Positions 25,676-38,420 of a DNA stretch of 64,000 bases are shown piece by piece (position 1 is the stretch's first letter; each line of letters opens with the position of its first letter). The notes beneath the pieces are model-generated. The model was not told the DNA's origin and made no database searches. It saw only the letters and a list, made by a program, of their open reading frames with translations. The DNA lies in contig NC_086097.1 of NCBI RefSeq assembly GCF_963921235.1, forward strand, positions 39,496,001 to 39,560,000, written 5' to 3'. The stretch is from Mobula hypostoma (Eukaryota). Made by a program: the position numbers and the translations under genes.

Positions 25676-26094
25676 CTCTAGAATTACCACTATTGAATTT
25701 CAAATGCTAGGAAAAAGAAATGAAATTGAAGTGAAAACCAAATCTTTGTTTTTTGCCAACGTGTTTCCTTCTTCTCTTCTTCATAACTGGAGGCTGCTTG
25801 CAGGGTACCATAAGCATGACACTTCTCAACCACCAACAAGCATTAAGAGCAATGTGGCATAACAGAAGAAACCAATACTGGCATTGCCTCTCTTATCAAG
25901 CAGGCCAGAAAGTGGCCACTGAGAAACCATAGGTGGGAACCTCAGGTAGTTTTCTTCTCCCAATGACACAGGCAAAAAGACCTATTATTTCACATCACAA
26001 ACAAGAGAGAATCTGTTGATGCCAGAAATCCAAGGAACACACACAAAATGCTGGAGGAACTCAGCAGGCCAGGCAGCATCTATGGAAAAAAGTA

Positions 26095-26132
26095 CAGTCG
26101 ACGTTTCAGGCTGAAACTCTTCGGCAGGACTA
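26095..26132 (-). ncRNA. Degenerate minimal hammerhead motif
   Basis: UAGUC CUGCCGA AGAGUUUCAGCCU GAAA C GUC GACUG: stem I and GUC site present, core A changed to C. Confidence 0.55.
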
Positions 26133-26475
26133 GAGATGGGGGAGGGGAAAGAGCGGGGCCTCCAACCTGATGGCATGAACATCGATTTTTCAAACTTCTG
26201 GTAAAGCCCCCACGCCCTTTCCTTCACCAGTTCCCAAGCCTTTTTCCCTCTCTCATCTTATCTTCTTGCCTGCCCATCGCCTTCCTCTGGTGCTCCTCCC
26301 CTCTTTTCTTTCTTCCACCTATCAGACTCCCCCTTCTCCAGCCCTCTATCTCTTTCATCAATCAACTTCCCAGCTCGTTACTTCACTCCTACCCCTCCTG
26401 GTTTCACCTGTCACCTTGTGTTTCTCTCTCCCCTTTCCCCACTTTTTAAATCTACTCCTCATCTTTTTTTCTCTC

Positions 26476-26513
26476 CAGTCCTGCTGAAAGGTCTCACCCC
26501 GAAACATCTACTG
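26476..26513 (+). ncRNA. Degenerate minimal hammerhead motif
   Basis: CAGUC CUGCUGA AAGGUCUCACCCC GAAA C AUC UACUG. Confidence 0.5.
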
Positions 26514-27493
26514 TACTTTTTTCCATAGATGCTTCCTGGCCTGCTGAGTTCCTCCAGCATTTTGTGTGTGTTGCTTCCATTTTTTCACATGACTTCCTCT
26601 CTGCTGATTTTAACTAACTCACCAGGCATGGCATTGCTTAGCTAAGTCACACAATTTTTAACCAAATGTTGCATCTTGGAAATGAAAGTAATTTTTTTTG
26701 TAACGGAGACTTTAAATAATTTGCAAATGGAATCCATTGGTAGTATGATATTTTGTGCAGGTACTTGGGTTGAAAGGCTGTAATTATTTCAATCTTTATT
26801 CTGCTGTTTAAGTTAAAACAACTTACACAAAAATAGAATGAAGGAATATGAGTAAATGGTTCAATTCTCAGTGGACATTACAGGCCAAAGAAAATGAGCC
26901 TGTGGTTGGAGAATCGATTTGGAGGTGGTGAAAAGAGAACTGTAACAGCAGCAATAAAATTGTGTGAATTTGTCATCTCAGGGACAATTAACATAAAATT
27001 AGTAAAGTTGTTCAGAATTACCTGGATTAGCCGATTTCAATAGGGAAAAGAAAGCTGCATGATTTATCTTTGGAATGTATCTAACTCTATAGTCTGTGCC
27101 AAATCACTTCTTCACCTCTTTCAGTTGAGGCTCAATTAGAGACAGCATTAATTGTGCCCATCTGGTGAAGTCTGGCTGATGGATTTTATGTGCCGTAAAG
27201 CACTCTCTCAGATTGCCTGAGTTCCAAATGGATCTGCAGACCTTGGGTTGTTTGGTTTATTAAATGGAGGGGGAGTGGCAAAATCTTTGCAGCTGTGCAA
27301 AGTATGTTTGGAAAACTTGAACACAACCAGCGAGGCAGAATCTGGGAGCGACTGACAATCATTTTTAGCTGAATCAGTTTGTGATCTCTTCCTTCTCTGT
27401 GATTTATCATCAGTCTTTGCTTAAGCTTAAAGAACTGAATATAAACATACGATTGACCTGTGACTTACCATGCAGTGTTACCAATCCTGTGCA

Positions 27494-28065
27494 TAAGAAC
27501 ATGAGAAATAGGAACAGGAGGAGACCATCTGGCCCATTGAGCCTGCTCCACCATCCCATAAGATCATGGCTGATCAAGACGTGGACTCCGCCTAATCCCC
27601 ATAACCCATAATTCCCTACTATGCAAACATCTATGTAACTAAGTATTAAATATATTTAATGAGGTAGCCTCCACTGCTTCTCTAGACAGAGAATTCCACA
27701 GACTCACTACTCGCTGGGAGAAGCATTTTCTCCTCATCTTTGTTATAAATCTATTACCCCGAATCTTGAGGCTCTTTCTCCTAGTTCTCGTCTCATTTAC
27801 CAGTGGAAACAACTTTCCTGCCTCTATCGTATCTATCCTTTTCATAGTTTTATATGTTTCTGTAAAATTCCCTCTCATTCTTTTGAATTCTAGTGAGTAT
27901 AGTCACAGGTGACTCAAGCTTTCCTCATACGCTAACCCCTCATCTGTGGAATCAACCCGGTGAACATGCTCTGCACTGACTCCAAAGCCAGTATATCGTT
28001 CCACAAGTGAGGAGGGAGAGCAGAACCGCATGCAGCATTCTGGGTGCGGCCTCATCAGTACCCCA
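27494..28065 (-). mobile_element. CR1 3' fragment
   Basis: MRGNFTETYK..LFPLVNETRTR..FSQRVVSLWN. Confidence 0.85.
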
Positions 28066-28299
28066 TATGGGACAGGTCCTCTGAAATGATAACACCAAGG
28101 GATTTAATGTTACTGACCATTTGTGGGTTGCTCTAGCATATGTTGGTGGTTGACACAAACAAAGCGTTATACTGTATATTTCGATGTTTCGATGTACATG
28201 TGACAAATAAAGCCCATTTTTAAGATCGTTATTTTTACCTGTTCCATTGCAAAGACCAAAACTTAGATAGTATTTTCCCTTGTAGTTACACTAAAAATG

Positions 28300-28405
28300 C
28301 TATTCAAGAAAGCTAACATGGATGCATTCTAAGAAGTCCTCCTCAAGAATGCCTTGACCAATCTTATTTGTCCAATCTGTGTGCAAGTTAAAGTACCCCA
28401 TGGCA
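28300..28405 (-). mobile_element. CR1 endonuclease fragment
   Basis: MGYFNLHTDW..EEDFLECIHVSFLE. Confidence 0.65.
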
Positions 28406-30379
28406 GCTTCTGTTCCTGTCATGGTGTACATTGGCAATGAATGAACCCAGGTTTGGAGGAATGACAATCCCCTATGTAGAGATGGAAGCAAGAGTTTATA
28501 CATAGGAATTCCAACAGAACATCGGTGGCTTGACTGAACAACACTGCATCCCGTTCTCATTCTCAGAACAAGGACTCTGCAATACACGCTAATCAGGAGT
28601 CCACTTTAAGTAATCACAGTTTGCAGAAAACCCGTGCCAGTCAAAATAAACTTGACAAGATTAAACTGAATTCACAAGGACTTAATGAGTCTTGTTAAGA
28701 CAACAATTAACAAATATAGATAGCCGGGCTCATGACAGTTCCATTCTCAAATGCATCAGATATTTTGTTTTAACAGATCAGACTTTATTGATGTAAATTA
28801 TTGTGAATTTGCATTTCAGTGTGGACTGATACATTATTATAATTGGAAAGATAACAGAGTTATTTTAGTTAAATATAACCTTTTTTGGAGAAATCAATTG
28901 TTTACAATTTGCTGTCCTTTGCAGAAGTGAAAAAAAATGTGATCTACTTTGTGTTTTTATTGCCATTATTATCTTGGAGAAGATTTCTAATGGATCATTG
29001 TATCAGTCCTATAATTAACAATAAATGTCACATATATGTTTACATTGGAATATTAGTTTGTGAGAAAAAAAGAGGAGCATTTAGAATGCAGCATTTCAGA
29101 AGCTTGAACTAACTCTGGCACCACAATGTAAGATCCAGTTTTTGCCTATGTTGTAAGAGCAGAAGAGAATCTGATTGGTGGAGACAAAGTGTTAATTAAA
29201 TTGACTCAGAGATTTTGAACCTGCTAATGATAATATATAATGTGATTGACGTGCCGTTGTGGAAACAAATTGCTACTGGCAGGAGTATCCTGCTGTTCTA
29301 AAAGTACATGAATCTATTTGAGAGTTCGGTAACCAACAGAAGTAGTGTTTATAACAAAGAATACACGAAAGCTAAATGGTATACTTCCCTGCAGAGCACA
29401 GAGTGATGCAAAAAGTAATGGAGACTTTAACTTTCACTACCTGGGCAATATTTTGTTTTGTTCTGGTAAAGTGTGATATTGTTAATATTGTCCAAAACAC
29501 CCATACAATCCAAACTATTCTACCATCCCAAGTACCAACCCTGCCAGCCGCTCCCTCCCTGGATTTTACTCAGGTTGTGAGCCTTGTGTATTATCTCCAT
29601 TCTAAATGTAATCCCAGCTTTTCATCCTTCAAGATTTCCAGTAAGTAGAGGAGGTAGTGTTGCTGTATAGAAAAGTCTTCCTTCCTACTTGCTAGCCCTC
29701 TCCACTTTGTGACCTCTACCCCAGCTACACAACCTAATCTGTTCTCTCTTTGTGGTCAACAGGAAATCAAAACTCTACAGAGGGACGTGAGGACTTCTGA
29801 AATTTACTAACCAGTATTGTCTGCATTCTTCCACCTGCAATCAACAATTCAGAAGGTATTAGTCCAAGTAAAAATTGTGTAGCTTCAGATACGAAAGCTC
29901 TTCTAGCAAGAGATAAGCAAATAATTCAGCATCCTAATTATGTGTAAAAGTTAAGATTCTGAGATCAGAAACCAGGTTAGTTCTGCTTGGGGAACAGATA
30001 ACAGAAGAATGAAGGTATATTATAATGCCAGATAGCAATTTATTCATCTGATATCCTGCATATAGACCTGAATCTCTCAGTGTGGTGAGACAACTAACTC
30101 CAATATACCAATTTAATGATGAACTTGTGTAAGCAACGGTTAGGCTGTGAATTAATTAGCTAGATTACGTTAGTGATATTTAATACATATGTTAAACATT
30201 TACTCAACATGGTATTTTGTGTCTAGATTGTATGAAATCCCTATTTACCTATTTTGTAGATTAAAATTCAAAAATTAAGCAGTTTGTTTTCTTTATAGAA
30301 ATTGAAAAGAAAAACATTGAATTCTGAGATCCACCTCAAAATAGATTCAAACAATGAAGTATGATGTCCTATTCCAGGT

Positions 30380-30815
30380 GTAGCTCTGGGCCCGTACTCG
30401 GTGGAGTTCAGAAGAATTTCGGGCAATCTTATTGAAACCTATTGAATATTGAAAGGCCCAGAATAAATGAAAGTTGAGAGGATGTTTCCTATAGTGAGGG
30501 AGGCTAGGACCAGAGGGCACAGTCTCAGAATAGAGGGATGTCCTTTTATAACAGAAGTTTGTTTACAACGTAGATGAAGAGGAATTTCTTTAGCCAGAGG
30601 GTGGTGAATCTATGGAATTCATTGCCACAGATGGCAGTGGAGGCCAAGTCATTGAGTATATTTAAAGCGGAGTTTAATAGGTTCTTGATAAGTCAGGGCA
30701 TCAAAGGTTATGTGGACAAGGCAGGAGAATGGGGTTGAGAGGGATACTAAATCAGCCAAGGTGGAATGTTGAGGCTGACACGATGGGCCAAATGGCCTAA
30801 TTCTGCTTCCTATGC
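30380..30815 (+). mobile_element. CR1 3' fragment
   Basis: Matches the 3' ends at 9780-10215 and 17530-17890. Confidence 0.85.
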
Positions 30816-31149
30816 TCTTCATATGTATAATTTTCTTTTGTTATTCTGAATCTCTGTGGCAAGAATGCTGTGGCAAGTAAGTTTTTTATTGCATGTAGTT
30901 GTACATATGACATTAAACTTGACTTTCACTTTGAAGATGAGAGGGAAATTACTTAGATTTTGCTCCCTGTCTCAGGTGGAGAGATAGACCTCATATCATT
31001 TGTTTAATGTGAGAGATTGCAGCACATTCAGATTTAGAGAGAAAAGGGTGTCAACCAATCTTCTGTCCATGACATATATCACATCTTAAACTGGGAGTTT
31101 TTTACTTTTTTCCAATAACCTTGAAACAGAACCCTATGAAATTCCATGA

Positions 31150-31245
31150 ACCCGAGAAATTCTGCAGATGCTGGAAATCCAAAGCAACACACACAAAATG
31201 CTGGAAGAACTTAGCAGGTCGGGCAGCATGTATGGAAATGAATAA
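31150..31245 (-). repeat. Penelope-derived short repeat fragment
   Basis: ctgcagatgctggaaatcc..acacacaaaatgctgga. Further copies at ~17010-17065, 35750-35842, 38260-38350, 40480-40600 and 55815-55940. Confidence 0.7.
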
Positions 31246-31609
31246 TCACTATAAAATTCCTCTTAAGAATGTACATGTAGTACCTGTTTTCACTGAGTTC
31301 CAATAAGCCAGTCAAACATAATTTTCACTTCACAAAGCTACATTGACCTTACAGTACCTGATTAATTTGAATTTTTCAGAGTACCTGCTGTTAAGTCATT
31401 AATAATAGCTTTAAACATTATCCATGGTTTGTAGTTTTCTGCTCTCTCTCTCCCCTTTTCATTAAAGGAGATTAATTTGCAATCTGCTAATCTATAATAG
31501 CCATCCTCGAATCTAGAATTTTACACATTTAAAAGCAAAATGTTGACTATGTTTCTAATAATTTGTTTTAAGATCCTCGGATGAAGTTTATTAGAACCTA
31601 AGAGTGATG

Positions 31610-32190
31610 TGCTGATCTACAGCATCCTGGAATATTGTGTACAGGTCTGGACTCCTTATCTAAGGAAGGGTATACATGGAACAGAGGGAGTTCAGAAAGG
31701 TTTACTAGCTTGATCCCTAGGAAAATGTATTTGTCATATGATATGAGACTCAGCAGAACAAGTCCATTTACTCTTGAGTTGAGAAGGGTGTGAGATGATA
31801 TCCTCTGTCAAATCCCAGATCATTAGGGTTTGACAGAGAGGATGTGGTGTAGATGTTTCTCCTGAGTGGGCTGTCTAGAACCAGGGGTCAGAAGCTCAAA
31901 ATAAGAGCTTCAGAAAAAAGCCAGAGCTTCTGGCCATTCAGAAAAAAGGCTGAGAAGAAACTTCTTTGCCCAAAGTATGGTGAATCTTTGGAATTCTCTG
32001 TTCAACCAAAGTGTGGATGCTCAGTCGAGACAGTTATTTAATACAGATTAATATTATAATATTTGGAAATATGGGATAAAGTTTAAGTGTCAGAAAGTGG
32101 TGCTGAGGTCAAAAATCATTCGGGAGCTTACTGAATGGTGGGGCAGGCACAAGAAGCTGAACGCTTTTGTTACTCGTCTTATGTTCTTGA
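31610..32190 (+). mobile_element. Old CR1 3' fragment
   Basis: Degenerate LEYCVQ..SP and FLLSGLSRTRGQKLKIR. Confidence 0.7.
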
Positions 32191-33114
32191 GTTCTAATCT
32201 CTTGTGATCTGAGTAAACGCAATGAGGTTCTACAAGAACAAAATTTGTATTACCTTTTGGACAAACGAAAGTCTGTAGTGGCACTACATTTCTCCTGACG
32301 GAACAAGAGATTTTTAAACATAATAATTTGGGCTAAATTTAATTCTGGTCTATTCAGTACTATTTAAATTAGAAGCATAAAAAAGCTCCTTTTATGTTTC
32401 CTCAGTATGGTATGGTATTCCCATGCTTCAAAGAAACTCCCCTTTTGCTGCCCAAGTGCATCATTCCTACAAAGGTCATTTGAAAAAATATTGTGCACTC
32501 AATCTGAATATGAAAAAGATTATTTGTAGTAAAAATGTCAGCTTCCAACTAAATTTAATTGAATTAAGCTCTTTTTTTTCTTGTTATCAGCTGGTTTCAA
32601 TCCACCTCTAAGTGAAATTCATTTGTCCTTAAGAAGGTTACTTTGTAGAGTATTTCCCAGGAACAATTATGTTCTATTTCAATGAAGTATGTAGAATCAC
32701 TCCCAGTGGCAATAAGGACACTCTTAGTCAGTCAGTTTCAATCTCTTTATGCTTGGGAGAACAGCTGTTAATGTTGATACTCTTAACACTATTCATAAGC
32801 CAGATCTATGTGTTCATGGAGCTCATCACAATGAATACTGTTGACACAGTGCATAAAGGAAACTCAGGAGAGAATGATCCCAGTCAATTTTTCAACTACT
32901 AGTTGAATATTCTGTCTAAATAGACAGAAAGTGTGACTGGTACCTTCATTATCACTTACTCCTCTTAGTTTAGTTGTACTTTGTAGACTGTCTTTAGGTC
33001 ATCCAAAGTACCCATGTGCAGAAAAACAGGCCACCTGTACTCACAACGATCTCTTAAATTTCAGGACAATATTCAATACCCAATATGCTTACATGGAAAG
33101 GTGTGTGTTAATAT

Positions 33115-33640
33115 TGAGTCATAAAATAATAGACTCATACAGTACAGAAACAGGTCTTTTGGCTCACACTGTCCACATTATCATCAAGTACACTTCATTA
33201 CCGATCCAATTTACCGGGACTTGGTCTGTAGCCTTCTATAGCTTTGCTATTCAGGTCCATGACTTTTTAAATGTTTTGAGAATGTGCCTCCATCCTCCTC
33301 TAAGCTTATTCATTCCAAACACCATCCACCCTCTGGGTAAAAAAAAATCTTCTCTGCATCCACTTTTAGTTCATACTTTAAACATATGCCCTTTGTTTAC
33401 TCACCTCATAACTTTGTCCACCTTTAAGCCCCCCCTTTCCGTTTCAAGGCAATCACACCAAGCTGATGCATTCTCTCCTCATAACTGAAATTTTCCATTC
33501 TTCTCAACCCCCTTCAATGTAATCATTTCCTTTCTGTACTACGATCAAAACTGCCCACAGTGAAGTGGCCTCACTGATGTTAATAACTTCCCCACTCTTC
33601 TTTCCTTGCATCTGTATGCTTTCTTTACTGTCCTCTAAGT
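33115..33640 (-). mobile_element. Old CR1 3' fragment
   Basis: Degenerate CR1 tail (tacagtacagaaacagg..ggctcac) and body. Confidence 0.55.
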
Positions 33641-33840
33641 GGAGTTTGCACGTTCTCCCTGGGAACAAGTGGGTTACCCCTTATATCCCAAATGATATTT
33701 CCTCTTACATCCCCAATTGACCATCGTGTGGGTGGCTGTTTGGACAATCAGGGTTTTATTATTGAACATTCCCGAGAGAACAGGTTACTGGGAAATGGGG
33801 GAGGATGGCTTATTTCTGAGAACCAAATGTTCTCCTTCTA
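33638..33840 (+). mobile_element. V-SINE/HE1-like SINE fragment
   Basis: gtggagtttgcacgttctccc core motif. Confidence 0.5.
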
Positions 33841-35924
33841 TGTTTTAAAGGAATATGCAATAGTTGCTATAATGTAAGCATCTATTTCTTTTCAAGCAAT
33901 GATCCCACTCCCACGTATGCACATCGTTCGCTCTCTTGCTGTAATGTGAATACGCCAGTTTAAGCCATCTCCCGCATGCATGCTTTTATTTAATATATAT
34001 GTATTTGTGCACAGACACAACAGTTGTTTCACTGCAGTTGATGTTATGATGCATTAAATGTGCCTGATAAACACATTTATAACGGAGACTTAGGTTTTCC
34101 TTCTGGTTAGCAACTTATTTACTTAAGAGTGGATTTGGGTCACCAGAGGAGGGGGGGGGCCACTCAATAGCTAGTCTTCTTTTTCTCAAATGCTGAGAAA
34201 TCATTCTATTTTTACTTCAGATTTTACGCATACATAATTTATTCTCTTTTGCTATCTTTTTGTTTGTTCATTCATTCGGAAGGTGTGGGCATCCCTTTTT
34301 TAACTTGCGTGGGAGGGAAAGGTTAGATTGACCTTGGACTAAGTTGAAGTGTTGGCAGCACATCATTGGCCAAAGGTCGGTACTGTGCATTACTGTTCCC
34401 CGACCCCGAGTTATAGTCTCTCCTACCAGTGGAAACAACTTCCTTTCCTCCATCTTATTATTTTTATAACCTTTAACTCCTGTTCTAATCGCTGCTTTTT
34501 GATTCACTCCATCTTTCAACCTTGTTCTCTTGCTTGCATTATTTATGTTGCAATCTTCTCTACAATAGGACATTGGGTACACACATTCTTAATATTACTG
34601 CTCTCACTGTATCTGTGTATAGCATTCTACATCACCCGTCTTTGAACCACAGATTTCTTTTCCTTAACTTATTTGTCCTTTGCCAATTGACCCTTGGCTC
34701 ACTCAACAATGCAGAGCTTATTGCCTTTGGCGTTCTGTTTCTTACTGACTATACAGAACCTCTTTGCTTGTCCTGCCTATGTCTCTGGTACCTGCATGTA
34801 CACAAATCTTCCCCACCCCACCGTAAATTTTAACCAGCCCTGAAAGGATATGTCAAACCCTGGCACCATGCCAGAAACACAACCTTGGAGGAATAGAGCA
34901 TGGAAGCAGTTCTTCGGCCCATTGACTCTGTGTCTATGTTCAGCCACCCATTTACTTTAATCCAATATTAACACAGTTTTTACTTTCCTTATATTCTTCT
35001 GAATTCTTGCTCTTTGCTGCAGAGAACAGGACCTATCCTCCTCACTACAATGTCCCCTGCAAACTTGTTTGTTCCTTCCACTGAAATAGCCTCCATTATG
35101 GTGGTATCAGTTAATTCAACCACTACTCTTGTTCAACCAAGATGAAATGAGATCAGATCCTACGAGGTAGTTGTAAATGTTCTGGCTCTTGCTCTCTTGC
35201 CCTCTTGATCTCCTTTCCTGTCTCGTCTACTGACACAGTGCCCTGTCCCTGTCAAATGATCCAGCGTGAAGACCCTACCTTCAGAGGTGTACCTGCTTTA
35301 GCCACCAAATGTCTGGGTAACTCACCTCACCTTTATGTTTTTCAGTGTCTGTAGTTCCACCTTCAGTTTACTGTCTCGGAGCCACATCAATGACATACTT
35401 GAACGTGGTGAATACTTTCTGGTGTCTCCCTGTTATCTTATCAGAACTGTTTCTCAAACTTTATTGATCCAGGAGGAGTCGATGGGACTTTGGTACATGG
35501 TTGATGTACTGAAGGGTTTGTTTCCATGTTGTATTTGTGTGGATGGCAAAATTACGCAAATGGAGTGATACAATTACAGAATTCAGATATTCCCATTTTC
35601 CAATAGCAAAGCATTTGAAATCTTTTCCTTGGATACTTCACTGCTTTTCATATCCTTGTGTAACTGGAATATTGTGTCACACAGATCCGAGCATTGCGTG
35701 AAACTTTCTAAAATTGAAAGTATGCAACATTCTAGGATTTAGGAATTTTGTCAAAGCAACACACATGAAATGCTGGAGGAACTCCAGACAGCAGCTATGG
35801 AAATGAGTAGAATCAGCAGTTGGACCATGATCCTTAATCAGGAATTTTATTTTCAATTCTTCAGGGAAAGATTCATTGGATGGGGTCCTCTCTTCTACAA
35901 CCATCTTCCACACGGTTACTTAAT

Positions 35925-36175
35925 TATTTTTTGCATGGAGAGTGGTGAATAGGTGGAATTCTTTCCCACAGGCAGGTGTGGAGGCCAAGTCTTTATGTAT
36001 ATTTAAAGCAGAGATTGATAGATTCTTGATTGGTCAGGGCATGAAACGATATGTGGAGAAGGCAGGAGATTGGGGCTGTGAGGAAAATTGGATCAGCCAT
36101 GATGAAATGGCACAGCAGACTCGATGGGCCAAGTGGTCTAAATATGCTCCTATAACTTATGATCTTATGGTCTTA
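35925..36175 (+). mobile_element. CR1 3' tail fragment
   Basis: RVVNRWNSFP..FKAEIDRFL; tcttatgg tail. Confidence 0.8.
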
Positions 36176-36437
36176 GTTTACATCCAATCACAGATATTCC
36201 CTCTCTTCACTCCCCATCTCTGAATTTGAAATACTTAAAAATCAGTCTTAAAAATATGTCCAGACCTGAACCACTAATTGTTTGTCTCTCCACAGGTGAG
36301 GGAGTGTTTGCTTTCTTTTTTATTACCAGCATCTGCACTTTTTAATTTCCTTAAAATACACTTGTTCTACTGATATTTCCAGTTTTATACAGTTGTTAAC
36401 TCGATGTTATTTCTGTAGCTGTTGCCTGACCTCCCAA

Positions 36438-36938
36438 GTGGTGGTTGTCCGTTGTGTCCAGCGACAGGAGACCTGTGAGGGAGAGCTTTTAAAGTGGAAA
36501 AGTCGCTGCACTGGAACAGTTCCACGCCCTCCACCTCAGCAGTCCAGGTCCAGTGCTATGAACAAGTGTCATAAACTGGGGCCTTCTTTGGTTGCAGTGG
36601 ATGACCGTGACGTCTTCTGTGCCTTGTCATGCCCCTTGCACTCCATGGAGCGTTGCGGAACCACCTTCCTGGCCGTTGGATCTCACTGTAGATCTCAACC
36701 GCCTGGTCTGCCAAAGCTGACTTTGCACGTTAGGACAGGCATACCCCTCTCTCAGTGGGGTATGAGGTCCGCCGGCTACCCTCACCCGGTTTAGCCCGCC
36801 TGTCAAACCAGTATGCCAGGGTGTGGCTGCTGTGGCATGCTGCTTGGAGTCACAGGTGAGAGATGAGTGTCCAGTGGAGACCAAAGGTGAGTGAGATGTC
36901 CCAGGATAGATAGGCCAAGCCCCTTCTCCAGAGGTGCC
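36438..36938 (-). mobile_element. Non-autonomous RTE-derived (bipartite) element A
   Basis: GC-rich non-coding unit. Minus strand ctctcacctgtgactcc..gccacaccc..gggctaaaccgggtgagggta resembles RTE and RTE-SINE 5' UTRs (recognised from memory); ends ggacacaacggacaaccaccac. Confidence 0.6.
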
Positions 36939-38420
36939 AAGTTTTATCAGTCCTTTCTATATGTTCCAGACTTCCAGCTTTTTTCAGTAGTTTTGATTTT
37001 CAATTTTGCTGCCATTCACCTTTATCACTTTGGAATGAATACCATTTAATCCTCAGCAAGTAATTTGATTTAAGCATGCAGGCTGAACCTTAATCTGAGC
37101 CATTCTTCGTCAGAGATGGGAATTGAAATTTTGTTCACAGTGGATCATGACAGCGATGAGGAAATTCACACTGATCTCTTGTTGTGAAGTAAAGGTTGGC
37201 TGCCACTATGATGAAATTCTGCCGTGATGCTTTTTGTGGCAAATTACACAGTCAATCGTTGCTATTTAAACATATGTAGCAAGTTAGTCGCTTGAAGGAA
37301 TTGGATGATGATAGGCTTCGGGAAGAAGATTATGAGGCCAAAGTGGAAGGAGGACAGGAGAGGAAAAACATCTTGGGATAGAAAACAAATTGAAAATAAA
37401 CACATTTATAAAGGAATTGTTTAGAACAATTAACATTACAATAAGCAATTAACAGAGTATTTAATGTGGCACAAAAGGGCTGTTGGAATCCACAATTATG
37501 TAATTCTTTACTGTGATTTTCCTGAAAACTCAGAATGTTGCAGAAACTAACAGGAAGAAGTTTCACTACAAGAGGTCATGGTGATTTGGGAGCATTTTCG
37601 CTGCATGCGTCATATAGTGAAACTGCACAATTTATGAAGGTTGCTTATTTCAATGAAGGTATCCCTTTGGTGACTGCAAAACACACATTTCTCCTACATT
37701 GTGATAGCATCATGATTGATAATAATTGAAAAACACTCGATCCTGTTTCAAGAATTGAAAACCTTGTATCGTATGAAGACAGGTATATGTTTATTCTGCA
37801 TGCATAGGAGATTAAAGTCATTGTAATAAAGGTGAATTATTTTGAAATTTGTTCTTGACTTGAGGTCAGCAACTTCTTGTTTGATTACATCAAATGTTGT
37901 TTTACAACAGCAGGCATTATTATCAGAGGAAACTCAAATTTCTCAGCAGTGTGCTGTAAGCATTCAAAGTAGCAATAATTACATCCATTCCATCTTTTGC
38001 AGTGGTACCATTAACACATTGTTCTCCTCATTTCTGGAACAATGACCACTAATAGACAAGATTCATCTCAATTCTCTTGATTCATTTGAACACACCTTAA
38101 TGGATGAAATTATTCCTCCTCCTGGATATGTGAAAGAGTTGAATTTGAAATTGTACACAACAACAGATGGGACTGCAGGGAGAATGTCTTAGTTGAGAAT
38201 AATTATAGCTCAGTATTGGAAAAGCAGTCATTCTAAAACAATAAGAATACATAGGTATCGGTAATCTGAAAAGAACACAGAAATTGCTGAAAACAGTCAG
38301 CAGGCCAGGAAGCATCTGTGGAGGGAGGAACAAAGTCATGTTTCAGAACTGTTTCTACAAATATTATGCAAAGTTTTTCAACTTACTGATTCACCATGTA
38401 GAGTTCAGTGATTCAAAGTA

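Larger units (their letters stand above)
25995..26576 (+). mobile_element. Penelope-like element 3' end with inverted terminal-repeat copy
   Basis: ~26033-26136 and ~26471-26576 are inverted copies. 26160-26204 encodes LQPDGMNIDFSNFW*, typical of the end of a Penelope GIY-YIG ORF. Confidence 0.82.

Noticed and set aside
25375..25710. 111-aa ORF after a pyrimidine tract and AG
   Set aside because: No recognisable protein, and it runs through a hAT MITE.
29380..29830. Possible ancient Penelope coding relic (also 35000-35480)
   Set aside because: Too degenerate to support by eye; needs a profile search.
37130..37270. Possible terminal exon (DHDSDEEIHTDLLL*) or C/D snoRNA (ATGATGA near 37208)
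   Set aside because: Peptide not recognised; no D box or terminal stem at a suitable distance.
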